NCBI RefSeq assembly: GCF_004376175.1
Contig: NZ_SNUY01000071.1
Coordinates: 1 to 19,658 of the forward strand
Direction of reading: 5' to 3'
From: Halalkalibacterium halodurans
GTDB taxonomy: Bacteria; Bacillota; Bacilli; Bacillales; Bacillaceae_D
Length of the DNA stretch: 19,658 nucleotides
Positions 7,001 to 16,422 of the stretch are shown one piece after another (the stretch's first letter is position 1; each line of letters begins with the position of its first letter). The notes under the pieces are model-generated. The model ran no database searches and was not told the DNA's origin. It worked only from the letters and a program-made list of their open reading frames with translations. Position numbers and translations under genes: made by a program.

Positions 7001-8830
7001 ATGTGGAATCGGATGAAGCGAAAGCTGGCGCCCCGTTCTTTTCGTTTTAAAGTGATCCTTATTGCTGTTGTATGCCTTATGATTCCGGCGATGATCACCT
7101 TGTACGTGTATAGTTATTTGACGAAAGATGCCATGAAGGAACAGGCGATTTCGAATGCTAATCGCGAATTGAGCTTAGCGGGATCCTATGTCTCAAAGAT
7201 TTTTGACGACATGCTGTATGCGGTCAATTACGTTCAGCTCGATTCAGAGATTAATACGATTTTGAAAAAGAATGCCAATGCTGATAGAAAGCCAAAAAAT
7301 ATCAAGTATGAAGAGTATTTAGAATATCGGAAGGTCACAAAGACGATTGAAAACATGACGTTGCTCGGAGAAAAGTCTTATGTGACGATCTTGCTGAAAA
7401 ACGGCATGTACTATACGAACTATCCGCTAGCCGACTATAACCCGGAGATGCTGTTTCAAGAGCCGTGGTTTAAGCAGCTAGAGGAGGTGTACGGCTATGA
7501 GACGATATGGATCGGTAGCCAGCCGACCGTTTTTGCATCCGAGCGGGAGGAAAATCCATACCAAATTTCCGTCGCCAGGACGTTACGAGACGCTAATTTG
7601 CGTATTTACGGCTATGTGATTGTGACGATTATGGAAAGTGAAATCAAACAAGCGTTTGCGGGAATCCAAGACAGTGGCGACATGCTGCTCGTTGACTCGG
7701 CGAACCGCATTTTATCCCATAGCGACAACGAACAGATCGGGACCACGTTTCCTTATGCGGAACAAGTGGCACAAGCGAAAGCTTCCAATATGATTGAAGT
7801 CGAAAAAGAAACGTATGTGTATGCCGACCACCCGCTCTCTTATACGGGCTGGAAGCTAGTTTCGATGAACCCGTACAAGCAAGCGATTAGCAAAATGAAT
7901 CATTTGTTTGACAACGTCTTTTTTGCTCAATTCATCTCCTTTGTTCTCTTTTTTCTATTATTAACGTCTGTTCTGCAAACGGTTACAAAGCCGCTCGTTC
8001 ACCTCGGACAGGTGGCGACGACCGTGCAAGGGGGAAATTTAAAGGTCCGTTCGAACATTCGCAGTCAGGACGAGATTGGCAATCTCTCCCATTCGTTTAA
8101 TCAGATGCTAGACCGGATCAATGAAATGATCAAGGAAATCACCGAAACGCAAGTGAGGAAACGGAAAGCCGAATTTGCGATGCTACAAGCGCAAATCAAC
8201 CCCCATTTTCTATTCAATGTGTTGAATTCGATCCGGATGAAAGTGATGCGAAAAGGCGATTATGAGAGCGCTGAAATGATCAGTTCTCTCTCCAAATTGT
8301 TGCGGATGACGATTGAGAAAGAGAAGGGAATGATTCCGTTTCAAGAGGAAGTGGACATTGTCAAAGACTTTGTCAAGCTCATGAACATGAGGCAGAAAGA
8401 AAAGGTGGAACTGAAAATTAATGTCTCACCGGAAGTTTATTCTGAGGAGATTCCGCGGTTTATTTTACAGCCGATCATTGAAAACTCGATGATTCATGGA
8501 CTCAATCAAAGTGCCGGCGTCATTTCGGTAGAAGCGTATATCCATCAAAACGATTTCGTCATTGTCATTGAAGATAATGGGCAAGGGATGAATGAAGAGG
8601 CGTTACACAAGCTGCGGCACAGTCTTTCGATTCAAGCCGATCTCGTGGATGGGAAGCATAAAAAAGGTTTTTCCAATCTCGGAATTTCCAACGTCTATGA
8701 ACGAATGCGGATGACATTTGGAGAAGCATTTGCCATGGAGGTTCATAGTTTGAGAGGAAAAGGTACGAAGGTTAGCATGTACGTTTCGAGAGGAGGGAGA
8801 GAAGCAGATGTACAAAGTGATGCTGGTTGA
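7001..8830 (+). CDS. Sensor histidine kinase, YesM type (2 TM, extracytoplasmic sensor domain, HAMP, His_kinase/HATPase)
   Basis: ATG at 7001 with GAGGAGG (6988-6994). TM segments FKVILIAVVCLMIPAMITLYVY and FISFVLFFLLLTSVLQTV. HAMP region ...QDEIGNLSHSFNQMLDRI. LQAQINPHFLFNVLNSI is the PF06580-type phosphoacceptor box. VIVIEDNGQGM is the ATPase G-box region. Confidence 0.9.
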   Translation: MWNRMKRKLAPRSFRFKVILIAVVCLMIPAMITLYVYSYLTKDAMKEQAISNANRELSLAGSYVSKIFDDMLYAVNYVQLDSEINTILKKNANADRKPKNIKYEEYLEYRKVTKTIENMTLLGEKSYVTILLKNGMYYTNYPLADYNPEMLFQEPWFKQLEEVYGYETIWIGSQPTVFASEREENPYQISVARTLRDANLRIYGYVIVTIMESEIKQAFAGIQDSGDMLLVDSANRILSHSDNEQIGTTFPYAEQVAQAKASNMIEVEKETYVYADHPLSYTGWKLVSMNPYKQAISKMNHLFDNVFFAQFISFVLFFLLLTSVLQTVTKPLVHLGQVATTVQGGNLKVRSNIRSQDEIGNLSHSFNQMLDRINEMIKEITETQVRKRKAEFAMLQAQINPHFLFNVLNSIRMKVMRKGDYESAEMISSLSKLLRMTIEKEKGMIPFQEEVDIVKDFVKLMNMRQKEKVELKINVSPEVYSEEIPRFILQPIIENSMIHGLNQSAGVISVEAYIHQNDFVIVIEDNGQGMNEEALHKLRHSLSIQADLVDGKHKKGFSNLGISNVYERMRMTFGEAFAMEVHSLRGKGTKVSMYVSRGGREADVQSDAG

Positions 8831-10421
8831 TGATGATTATCCAGTGTTGGAGCTATTGTCGGAAACCATCGAATGGGAGAAGCTTGGGTTGACTCTGCAA
8901 AGCACTCATGAAAATGGAGCAAGCGCCTTGGATTATGCCTTACAGGAAGAGATGCCAGATATTTTAATTACCGATATCGGTATGCCGAAAATGAATGGCA
9001 TTGAATTGATCAAGCAAATGAAAGAGAAGAATCCGCTGATTCAAGTGAGCGTGTTGTCTTGTCACAGTGACTACGAATTTACGCGGCAGGCCCTTTTGCT
9101 GCAAATCCAAGATTATTTATTGAAAGATACGTTGAATCCGGAAGATCTTACATCGGTTCTAACAGGCCTTAAAAAGAACATCGAACGAGAAAATGAAAAG
9201 ACGAAGCAAGAAACGAAGCTACACCAAATCGCTTCACAGAATCAAGAGTCAAGGAAGCGTGAGTTCATCCGCAAAACGATCAACCAGCCAACTGGTCAAG
9301 AAAAGGAATGGTATGAGGAAGCCCGTTCATATGGGTTCGATGTAGAGGACAATCGCTACATTCCAGCGTTATGTTTTATGCAAAATTACCGCATGGCCAA
9401 ACAATTGGATCAACCCGAGGATCAGCTAGTCTGTTCGATTCAACGTGTGGTGCAGGACGTGCTTGAGACGTATGAAACCAAGGGGATTCATTTTGCGTTT
9501 TCGTTGAAAGAATTCTTCCTTCTCTTTCCTTATCGTTCAAGCGTAAAGTCGGACTGTTACGGCATCATGATGGAATGTGTGAGCGCGATTCAGCGAGCCG
9601 TTCATTCAGACTTGCAGCTTTCCCTCGGGTGTGTCATTGGGGAGCATGTTCATAATCAATCGTCCTTTAAGCGAGAGATCGAGCATTTAGTCAAAAACAA
9701 AAACCAGCGCTTTTATATGAAAGCAGGCGCGATTGAAAAGAAGCAGCCTGACGCGCGAGTAACCGAAGGGCTATTCAATTGGTATGATGAGGCGGCCGTT
9801 GCCATGAGACGCTTGATCATTGAGCGAAATCAACCGCAAGTGAAACAAACCGTGCATGAGTGGATCGAGCGGTTTGCTAGCGAGCGATACTCGTTTGAGG
9901 CTGTGAAGGAATGGGTGCTGAAGCTGTTGTTAGACGTAAAGGTGAAGCTAAAAGCGTTGCAGTTTTTTAATGCCAATTATTCGGAGGAAGTCCTTCACGA
10001 AGAAGTGTTTGCGATTGATACGCTCGACGAGCTGAGCGCTTGGTTAACAGATTACTTCGACTCGCTTCTTGCAGCCGTGGTTGAAATCACCTCGCAAACG
10101 AGGCGAAAAGAAGTGCTGGAGGCCTTTCAGTACGTGTCTGCTCATCTAGAAAAGAAAATTACATTGGAGGAAGTGGCGAACCATCTGTTTTTAAACCCGA
10201 GCTATTTTAGCCGTTTGTTTAAGAAGGAAGTGGGCGAAACATTTGTGGAGTATGTGACGAAGGCGAAAATGAACCGGGCGAAGGAATTGCTCGAGCAAAC
10301 GGTAGAGCCTGTAGGGAAAATTTGTGAACGGCTAGGGTATGACAATCAAAGCTACTTTATAAAAGTGTTTAAAAGCTATGAAGGCATTACGCCGATTGAA
10401 TATCGGGGAGAGCATGTGTAA
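8808..10421 (+). CDS. Response regulator with C-terminal AraC-type HTH (YesN type)
   Basis: Overlaps the kinase gene by 23 nt. Receiver domain MYKVMLVDDDYPV...ILITDIGMPKMNGIEL. C-terminal AraC HTH LEEVANHLFLNPSYFSRLFKKEVGETFVEYV...YDNQSYFIKVFKSYEGITPIEYR. Confidence 0.9.
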   Translation: MYKVMLVDDDYPVLELLSETIEWEKLGLTLQSTHENGASALDYALQEEMPDILITDIGMPKMNGIELIKQMKEKNPLIQVSVLSCHSDYEFTRQALLLQIQDYLLKDTLNPEDLTSVLTGLKKNIERENEKTKQETKLHQIASQNQESRKREFIRKTINQPTGQEKEWYEEARSYGFDVEDNRYIPALCFMQNYRMAKQLDQPEDQLVCSIQRVVQDVLETYETKGIHFAFSLKEFFLLFPYRSSVKSDCYGIMMECVSAIQRAVHSDLQLSLGCVIGEHVHNQSSFKREIEHLVKNKNQRFYMKAGAIEKKQPDARVTEGLFNWYDEAAVAMRRLIIERNQPQVKQTVHEWIERFASERYSFEAVKEWVLKLLLDVKVKLKALQFFNANYSEEVLHEEVFAIDTLDELSAWLTDYFDSLLAAVVEITSQTRRKEVLEAFQYVSAHLEKKITLEEVANHLFLNPSYFSRLFKKEVGETFVEYVTKAKMNRAKELLEQTVEPVGKICERLGYDNQSYFIKVFKSYEGITPIEYRGEHV

Positions 10422-10464
10422 GTGGGCCCTGTAGACGTAATTTGAAACGGAAAAAGGTGAAACG

Positions 10465-11592
10465 ATGACAAACCATGTAGACTGGGTAGAAGAAGCATTG
10501 CAAAAGGTTTACACGAAAATATCACGCACGAGCAAGAAAATCGGGGCTAATTTTCCCCATGCGAGCGTCGATGGAACGTATCAGCTTGAGCCACCCCATT
10601 GGTGGACTGCCGGATTTTGGCCGGGGCTGCTTTGGCATATGTACCGCGAGACGGGGGATGAAACGTTGAAAGCGATCGCGGAACAATGTGAGGTGCGATT
10701 AGATACGGTCATAACCGATTATTATAAACTTGATCATGATATGGGGTTTATGTGGACGTTAACGAGTGTGGCCCACTATAAGCTGACAGGGGACGAGGAA
10801 GCGAAGAGGCGCGCCTTGCTCGTCGCCAATTTATTGCTAGGACGGTTCAACTGTAAGGGTAACTATATTCGTGCCTGGAACCCGTGGTTTGAAGGGGATG
10901 AAAATTCAGGCTGGGCGATCATTGATTGCGTAATGAATTTACCGCTCCTGTTTTGGGCATCGAAGGAGACAGGCGATCCGAGGTTTCGTCATGCGGCGGA
11001 AAGGCACGGGGAGACGGTGTTAGCTCATTTTATTCGTAAGGATGGCTCGGTCCACCATATCGTGACATTTGATGCGGAGACGGGGGAAAAGGTAGGAGCG
11101 ATCGGAGGACAAGGGTTTGCCCCTGATTCGGCATGGTCGCGGGGGGCTGGTTGGGCGATTTATGGCTTGGCGCTCCTATACCATTATACGGAGAAGGATG
11201 CATATTTACAGGCAGCGAAAAGCGTCGCCCATTTCTTTATCGCCAACTTACCGGAGGACTTTGTTCCTTATTGGGATTTCCGGTTACCAGAAGGGGTGAA
11301 GAACGATCGGGATTCCTCGGCAGGGGCGATCGCCGCGTGTGGATTGTTGTTCATTTCTACCCTTGTCCCGCGAACAGAGGCGGACATTTACAAGCAGGCC
11401 GGTGTTAACATTCTCCGCTCGTTGTACGAACGGTACGGGACGTGGGAGGACGACGGTCAGGACGGGTTGATATTACACGGCACAAGTCATTACCCTGAAG
11501 GGAAAAATATCGATGTCCCTCTTATTTACGGAGACTACTTTTTCGTTGAAGGGTTAACGAGTTTAAAAGGCGAGCGGGAACGATTTTGGTAG
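10465..11592 (+). CDS. Glycoside hydrolase family 88 (unsaturated glucuronyl hydrolase-like), cytoplasmic
   Basis: RBS AAAGGTGA (10453-10460). Collinear with recalled Bacillus sp. GL1 UGL: FPH.S.DG.Y, WT.GFWPG.LW, LDHDMGFMW (catalytic Asp motif), IIDCVMNLPLLFWA (second Asp motif), WSRGAGWAIYG, YWDF, RDSSAGAIAACGLL, GDYFF.E. No signal peptide. Confidence 0.85.
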   Translation: MTNHVDWVEEALQKVYTKISRTSKKIGANFPHASVDGTYQLEPPHWWTAGFWPGLLWHMYRETGDETLKAIAEQCEVRLDTVITDYYKLDHDMGFMWTLTSVAHYKLTGDEEAKRRALLVANLLLGRFNCKGNYIRAWNPWFEGDENSGWAIIDCVMNLPLLFWASKETGDPRFRHAAERHGETVLAHFIRKDGSVHHIVTFDAETGEKVGAIGGQGFAPDSAWSRGAGWAIYGLALLYHYTEKDAYLQAAKSVAHFFIANLPEDFVPYWDFRLPEGVKNDRDSSAGAIAACGLLFISTLVPRTEADIYKQAGVNILRSLYERYGTWEDDGQDGLILHGTSHYPEGKNIDVPLIYGDYFFVEGLTSLKGERERFW

Positions 11593-11613
11593 AAAGCGAT
11601 AAAGGAGTGAGAC

Positions 11614-13461
11614 ATGGGAATGGTTATGAGCACAGAGGCTGTCGCAATCGAAACGAGAGACGATCTATCAGGCCTTTTAAAACGAATCTTTGAACCAGTT
11701 AAACCCTATTATAGCGAAGGGTTTGCCCGCCTTCATTTCGGGAACACCGGTGCCGTCTACCCTGAGGCAGTAGCAGGATTTGAAGGTTTTTCAAGAATGC
11801 TTTGGGGGTTGGTGCCTCTCCTCGCGAGCTCCGATGAGACGTACGCGCTATGGGAACGTCATCTTCAAGGGATCAAACATGGCACCAATCCGCAGCACCC
11901 TGAATATTGGGGAGACGTGACCGACTATGATCAGCGCGCGGTGGAAATGGCTGCCTTCGGTCTCGCCCTTCTCCTCATTCCTGAAAAAGTGTGGGAGCCC
12001 CTTTCTTCTGAGGAAAAGGAACATCTGAGTCGTTGGTTAGCGAAAATCAATAACGTCAAGGTGTGGGACTGTAATTGGCTGTTCTTTCCGGTGCTCGTCA
12101 ATTTAGGCCTTAAACGTGTCGGGCAGCCTTACGATCAACAAACAATTGATGAGAACTTGGCTCGGATCGAACAATTTTATGTAGGGAATGGTTGGTATAC
12201 AGACGGAGCTGGGGGGCATAGCGACTACTATGTTCCGTTTGCGATTCATTTCTATGGGCTCGTTTATGCAAAGGTGATGGAGAATAATGACCCGGTTCGT
12301 TCGGCCTCCTATAAAGCGCGGGCCGTGGAATTTGCGCAAGACTTTATTTATTGGTTTGCAGCAGATGGACCCGCGATTCCATACGGAAGAAGCTTAACGT
12401 ATCGCTTCGCACAAGCATCCTTTTGGAGCGCAGCCGTATTTGCGGGCATTCAGCCATTTTCGTTAGGTGAGATGAAGGGGCTTATTTTTCGTCATTTGCG
12501 CTGGTGGTTTCAGCAGCCCATTTTTGATTCCAACGGATTGTTGACGATCGGGTATACTTATCCAAACATGGTCATGGCAGAAAACTATAACGCACCTGGC
12601 TCTCCTTATTGGGCGTTAAAAACGTTTTTACCTTTAGCGCTCGATAAAGATCACCCCTTTTGGCAAGTGGAGGAAGAGCCCTTACCGGTGTTACAAAAGC
12701 AGGCCGTTCAAACAGAACCGCACATGGTCATTTGCCGAGATGAACGAGGGCAACATGTTGTCGCCTTTAACTCTGGCCATCCGTCGTCCAATGAGCATAC
12801 GCACACGTCGGCTAAATATGAAAAATTTGCGTACTCCACCGTTTTCGGTTTTAGCGTTCCGCGAGCGGAGTGGGGTCTTGGGCAAGGCGCGTTTGACTCG
12901 ATGCTTGCCTTAAGTGAAGGAGATAATCTTTACCGCGTGAAACGTTATGGCGAGGAATCCTCTGTCCGCGATCAGTTTCTCTATGCGAAGTGGCACCCGT
13001 GGCAAGATGTAGAGGTGAAAACATGGATCATCCCTGGTGTTCCGTGGCATGTGCGAATTCACCGCATCGAAACGAGCAGGGTGCTTGATGCGGCAGATGG
13101 GGGATTTGCCTTAGGATTGGAACACGGGGAAACGGAGCTACTTCCTGATGCAACCCGCTGCGTAGCAAGAGGTGCAACGGCTGCGAGCGGGATTGTCAAT
13201 TTGTACGGTGAGGGCAAAGCCGAGCTCATCTTTCCGAACGCAAACACAAACGTGCTTCACCCACGGACCGTTTTACCGACCGTGAAAACGAGAGTAAATC
13301 GCGGTACAGCGATGCTCGTAAGCGCGGTCTATGGCGAAGTCGGTGATGATTATAGCTGGGCGACTGTCCCTACGGTGCAAGTGGTGGGGGAAACCATCAT
13401 CGTATCGTTTCCGAATCGGGTGCCAATAGAAGTGAATCTCGGAGCGATAAACGGTGAGTAA
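11614..13461 (+). CDS. DUF2264 domain-containing protein (putative glycoside hydrolase, possibly CAZy GH154-related; unverified)
   Basis: RBS AAAGGAG (11601-11607). The size (615 aa) and N-terminal motif YPEAVAGFEGFSRMLWGLVPLL fit my recollection of DUF2264 proteins, which commonly sit beside heparinase II/III-like genes. No signal peptide. Confidence 0.75.
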   Translation: MGMVMSTEAVAIETRDDLSGLLKRIFEPVKPYYSEGFARLHFGNTGAVYPEAVAGFEGFSRMLWGLVPLLASSDETYALWERHLQGIKHGTNPQHPEYWGDVTDYDQRAVEMAAFGLALLLIPEKVWEPLSSEEKEHLSRWLAKINNVKVWDCNWLFFPVLVNLGLKRVGQPYDQQTIDENLARIEQFYVGNGWYTDGAGGHSDYYVPFAIHFYGLVYAKVMENNDPVRSASYKARAVEFAQDFIYWFAADGPAIPYGRSLTYRFAQASFWSAAVFAGIQPFSLGEMKGLIFRHLRWWFQQPIFDSNGLLTIGYTYPNMVMAENYNAPGSPYWALKTFLPLALDKDHPFWQVEEEPLPVLQKQAVQTEPHMVICRDERGQHVVAFNSGHPSSNEHTHTSAKYEKFAYSTVFGFSVPRAEWGLGQGAFDSMLALSEGDNLYRVKRYGEESSVRDQFLYAKWHPWQDVEVKTWIIPGVPWHVRIHRIETSRVLDAADGGFALGLEHGETELLPDATRCVARGATAASGIVNLYGEGKAELIFPNANTNVLHPRTVLPTVKTRVNRGTAMLVSAVYGEVGDDYSWATVPTVQVVGETIIVSFPNRVPIEVNLGAINGE

Positions 13462-15277
13462 AGTGGTGATGCAACGAGAACAAATCCTACCGCTCGTAAA
13501 AAACGATTCAGCACCCTTGCTGTTCTCCTCACAACAGGCGCAAGATGAATGGTTTCAAGCGATCAGGGAAAAGCCGTCCTATCAAGGGATGATCGCTGAA
13601 ATACGGGAGGAGGCGAACCGGCTTTTACGTGAACCTTTGCTCGAAATTCCGTTTTCGAGGTTTACGCTTTTCCGGGACCGTGGGTTGCGGCTTGATTATG
13701 AGAAGCTTTACTTTGAGAGACGGCGCAGGCTCAATACATTTGCGCTTATGGCATTGATTGAACGAGAACAAACCGTCTATTTTGAGCAGCTGCAAGATGT
13801 GCTTTGGGCGATTTGCCATGAATACACGTGGTGCTTGCCGGCCCATTTACAGAACAGCCCTGAGATGGACACTGGAATACGGTTATCCGGCATACAAACG
13901 AGCTATACGGTCGATCTGTTTGCGGCGGAAACAGCGTTTACTCTTAGCGAATTGTCTCAATTATTACACAATCGGCTTGATCCGTTGGTGCAGAAGCGAA
14001 TGATTGAGGAGGTTAATCGGAGAGTTTTACAGCCGTTTTTACAGCAACAAGAGTTTGAATGGGAGACGGCAACACATAATTGGGCGGCTGTCTGTGCGGG
14101 CTCCATCGGCTCGGCCGCGCTCCATCTCATCGAGGATGAAGAGGTGCTTGCTACGATTTTAGAGCGAGTGCTGCGAACGATGGACTGTTACTTAGCGGGG
14201 TTCAAGGATGATGGTGCGTGTACGGAAGGCTATGCGTATTGGCAATATGGGTTTGGCTATTACACGTATTTGGCAGATTTGCTGCTGACGAAAACCGCTG
14301 GCGCGATCGATTTACTCCAAGGGGATAAAGTCCAACAAATCGCTCGCTTTCCGCAAAAGTGTTTCGTTCATAAACATCACGTCGTCAACTTTTCCGACTC
14401 GATGCCAACGGGGACGATTTTTTTAGGGCTCATGCATTATTTGAATAAAATCGACCAAGGCGTAGAAGTTCCAGAGGCTGATCTCCGTGCTCCTTATACA
14501 GCGGATCATTGTAGCCGATGGGCGCCTGCCTTTCGAAATCTCTTATGGTTTGATGAAACGAAGCGAGGCGAGCCGTGGGCCAATCAAAGCACTTATTTGC
14601 GTGACGCCCAGTGGTTGATTTCGCGTCAGGCTCCTTATGTGTTCGCATGCAAAGGAGGCGATAACGATGAGCCGCATAATCATAACGATCTCGGCCACTT
14701 TATGCTGTTTGCAGACGGTGAAGCGGTGGTAAAAGATTTAGGCTGCGGGATGTATTGTGAAGACTACTTTAATGAGAAGCGTTATTCTTTTTTATGTAAT
14801 GGCTCACAAGGACACTCGGTTCCGATCATTAATCAGCAATATCAAAAAGCAGGACGGTCTCATACGGCAACGGTCAGGAATGTGTCGATTGGAAATGACG
14901 TCGATCGGATAGAGATGGAGCTAGAACACGCGTATGATATCGACTCGCTCCAAAAGTTAAAGCGTACCTTCACTTGGCGAAAAGGGGCTCATCCTAGCTT
15001 ACTTCTATCCGATTTCTATCAGTTTTCCGAGAAACCGCTGTCGATTGTGGAACGTTTCATCATTCCCGACCTTCCTCTATCTTCTACTAACGACGGCATC
15101 GTACTAGAAGGGGAGCATAAGCTTAAAATTACCTTTGATCGCCATTTGCTTGAATGGACAGTCCATACCCATACGTTTTTCAATCATTTTGGCGAGGAAG
15201 AGACCGTCCAAACGCTAGACTTTGCCGTTAGAGAGCGGCGACTCGTTCAAGTCGAATGTCAGTTCACGTTTCTATGA
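13454..15277 (+). CDS. Heparinase II/III-like polysaccharide/oligosaccharide lyase family protein, cytoplasmic
   Basis: EPHNHNDLGHFMLFADGEAVVKDLG and GHSVPIIN match the heparinase II/III C-terminal domain signature. N-terminal alpha/alpha-toroid-like region with W/Y-rich helices. The start is ambiguous (GTG 13454, GTG 13463/13466, ATG 13469). It overlaps or abuts the DUF2264 stop (13459-13461), suggesting translational coupling. Confidence 0.8.
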   Translation: MSKVVMQREQILPLVKNDSAPLLFSSQQAQDEWFQAIREKPSYQGMIAEIREEANRLLREPLLEIPFSRFTLFRDRGLRLDYEKLYFERRRRLNTFALMALIEREQTVYFEQLQDVLWAICHEYTWCLPAHLQNSPEMDTGIRLSGIQTSYTVDLFAAETAFTLSELSQLLHNRLDPLVQKRMIEEVNRRVLQPFLQQQEFEWETATHNWAAVCAGSIGSAALHLIEDEEVLATILERVLRTMDCYLAGFKDDGACTEGYAYWQYGFGYYTYLADLLLTKTAGAIDLLQGDKVQQIARFPQKCFVHKHHVVNFSDSMPTGTIFLGLMHYLNKIDQGVEVPEADLRAPYTADHCSRWAPAFRNLLWFDETKRGEPWANQSTYLRDAQWLISRQAPYVFACKGGDNDEPHNHNDLGHFMLFADGEAVVKDLGCGMYCEDYFNEKRYSFLCNGSQGHSVPIINQQYQKAGRSHTATVRNVSIGNDVDRIEMELEHAYDIDSLQKLKRTFTWRKGAHPSLLLSDFYQFSEKPLSIVERFIIPDLPLSSTNDGIVLEGEHKLKITFDRHLLEWTVHTHTFFNHFGEEETVQTLDFAVRERRLVQVECQFTFL

Positions 15278-15302
15278 TCATGTTCTTAGGCGCATTCGAA
15301 TA

Positions 15303-15340
15303 GGGGGCTTTTCACGATCAAAAATGTTGTGATGGCCCCC
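15303..15340. terminator. GC-rich hairpin between convergent genes (possible bidirectional terminator; no clear U-tract)
   Basis: GGGGGC (15303-15308) / GCCCCC (15335-15340) plus inner TCAC (15312-15315) / GTGA (15329-15332). Sits between the lyase stop (15277) and the racemase stop (15348). Confidence 0.4.
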
Positions 15341-15347
15341 GAATAAT

Positions 15348-16043
15348 TTAATGGTGTGCTAGAGCGAGATGAACGGCTTCTAAGGCATGAATAACGGTTG
15401 TATTGAACAACGGTACTTTTGAATCTTCTTGTTGGACCAATAATCCAATTTCTGTACAACCTAATATGATGCCTTCTGCTCCATGAGCAACTAAGCGATT
15501 CATGACTTCCTCGTAATACTTCTTTGACGATGGCCTAATGCGTCCTACACATAATTCTTCATATATTACTTTGTTGATCATGTCTCTTTCCCGTTTAGTT
15601 GGGGTGATGACCTTAATGCCTCGAGACTCTATTCGGGATTTATAAAAATCTTGTTCCATCGTATAGCTGGTCCCTAGTAAGCCAACGGTTTGGATAGTAG
15701 ATTTTTGGATTTGATTTGCCGTTGCATCGGCAATGTGGAGGATAGGAATTTGGATTTTTTCTTCTATGTGGCTAGTGACTTTATGCATCGTGTTTGTACA
15801 GAGGACAATAAAATCTGCACCTGCTTTTTCTAATGCGAACGCCACATTGCCTAATCTTTCACCAGCTTGATCCCAATCGCCAGCAGCTTGAAATCGTTCA
15901 ATTTCGTCAAAATCGACACTATACAACAGGCACTTGGCTGAGTGTAATCCCCCTAATTTGTTTTTCACTTCCTTGTTAATGATTCGATAATACTCAGCTG
16001 AGGATTCCCAGCTCATTCCCCCAATCAGTCCAATGGTTCGCAT
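15348..16043 (-). CDS. Aspartate/glutamate racemase family protein (E. coli YgeA-like broad-specificity amino-acid racemase)
   Basis: MRTIGLIGGMSWESSAEYYRIIN...LGGLHSAKCLLYSVDF...VLCTNTMHKV...ILGCTEIGLL is near-collinear with recalled YgeA, with both Cys motifs (CTNTMH, GCTEI). The ATG at 16043 has AAGGGGGG 6 nt upstream. The ATG at 16049 abuts the SD and is unlikely to be the start. Confidence 0.85.
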   Translation of the reverse strand: MRTIGLIGGMSWESSAEYYRIINKEVKNKLGGLHSAKCLLYSVDFDEIERFQAAGDWDQAGERLGNVAFALEKAGADFIVLCTNTMHKVTSHIEEKIQIPILHIADATANQIQKSTIQTVGLLGTSYTMEQDFYKSRIESRGIKVITPTKRERDMINKVIYEELCVGRIRPSSKKYYEEVMNRLVAHGAEGIILGCTEIGLLVQQEDSKVPLFNTTVIHALEAVHLALAHH

Positions 16044-16095
16044 GATCATCCCCCCTTGAGTTCCCTACTATTGCATCCATTTTTTCACCCCTTCA

Positions 16096-16103
16096 TGGGA
16101 TTG
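16096..16103. repeat. 8-bp target-site duplication TGGGATTG (left copy) of IS6-like copy 1
   Basis: An identical octamer lies at 19556-19563, immediately outside the inferred IR tips (16104 and 19555). 8 bp is the IS6-family TSD length. Confidence 0.6.
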
Positions 16104-16172
16104 CGTATTGTCAAAACTTTATATAAAATAGGCTATTAAATCCTATGTTAGAGGGCTTTATAAGCAAAAAAA

Positions 16173-16200
16173 TTGCCACTCCCTGATTTCTGTAGATAAT
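16173..16200 (+). promoter_or_regulatory. Putative sigma-A promoter of the IS6-like transposase
   Basis: TTGCCA (16173-16178), 16-nt spacer, GATAAT (16195-16200), about 43 nt upstream of the TTG start at 16243, which has RBS AAAGGAAGTG. Confidence 0.3.
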
Positions 16201-16242
16201 TGAGGTTACCAACCACCCAATTCCAGAAAAGGAAGTGACAAT

Positions 16243-16302
16243 TTGTACCCTCAAATTATAACCTATTTATTAACTTTTATAAACGATCAAGAACAAATTA
16301 TT
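16243..16302 (+). pseudogene. Severed first 20 codons (MYPQIITYLLTFINDQEQII) of the IS6-like transposase
   Basis: TTG at 16243 with an upstream RBS. After deleting 16303-17932 (IS256-like plus one TSD copy), the frame continues as ...QII-RT-LLTLLIGKSMFDKP into ORF 17939..19306, giving about 477 aa. Confidence 0.6.
16295..16302. repeat. 8-bp target-site duplication AAATTATT (left) of the nested IS256-like element
   Basis: An identical octamer lies at 17925-17932, directly flanking the IRs. Confidence 0.75.
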
Positions 16303-16422
16303 GGGTGTGTCAATAATTTTGTGTAAATACCCCTGTTTCTAGTAGATAGGTTAGCCCTGCTTATTTTACGTGGTAAAACTTCGATTTTAGCTGAAACACA
16401 GAGCCACAGCGGTAGCTGCTTC

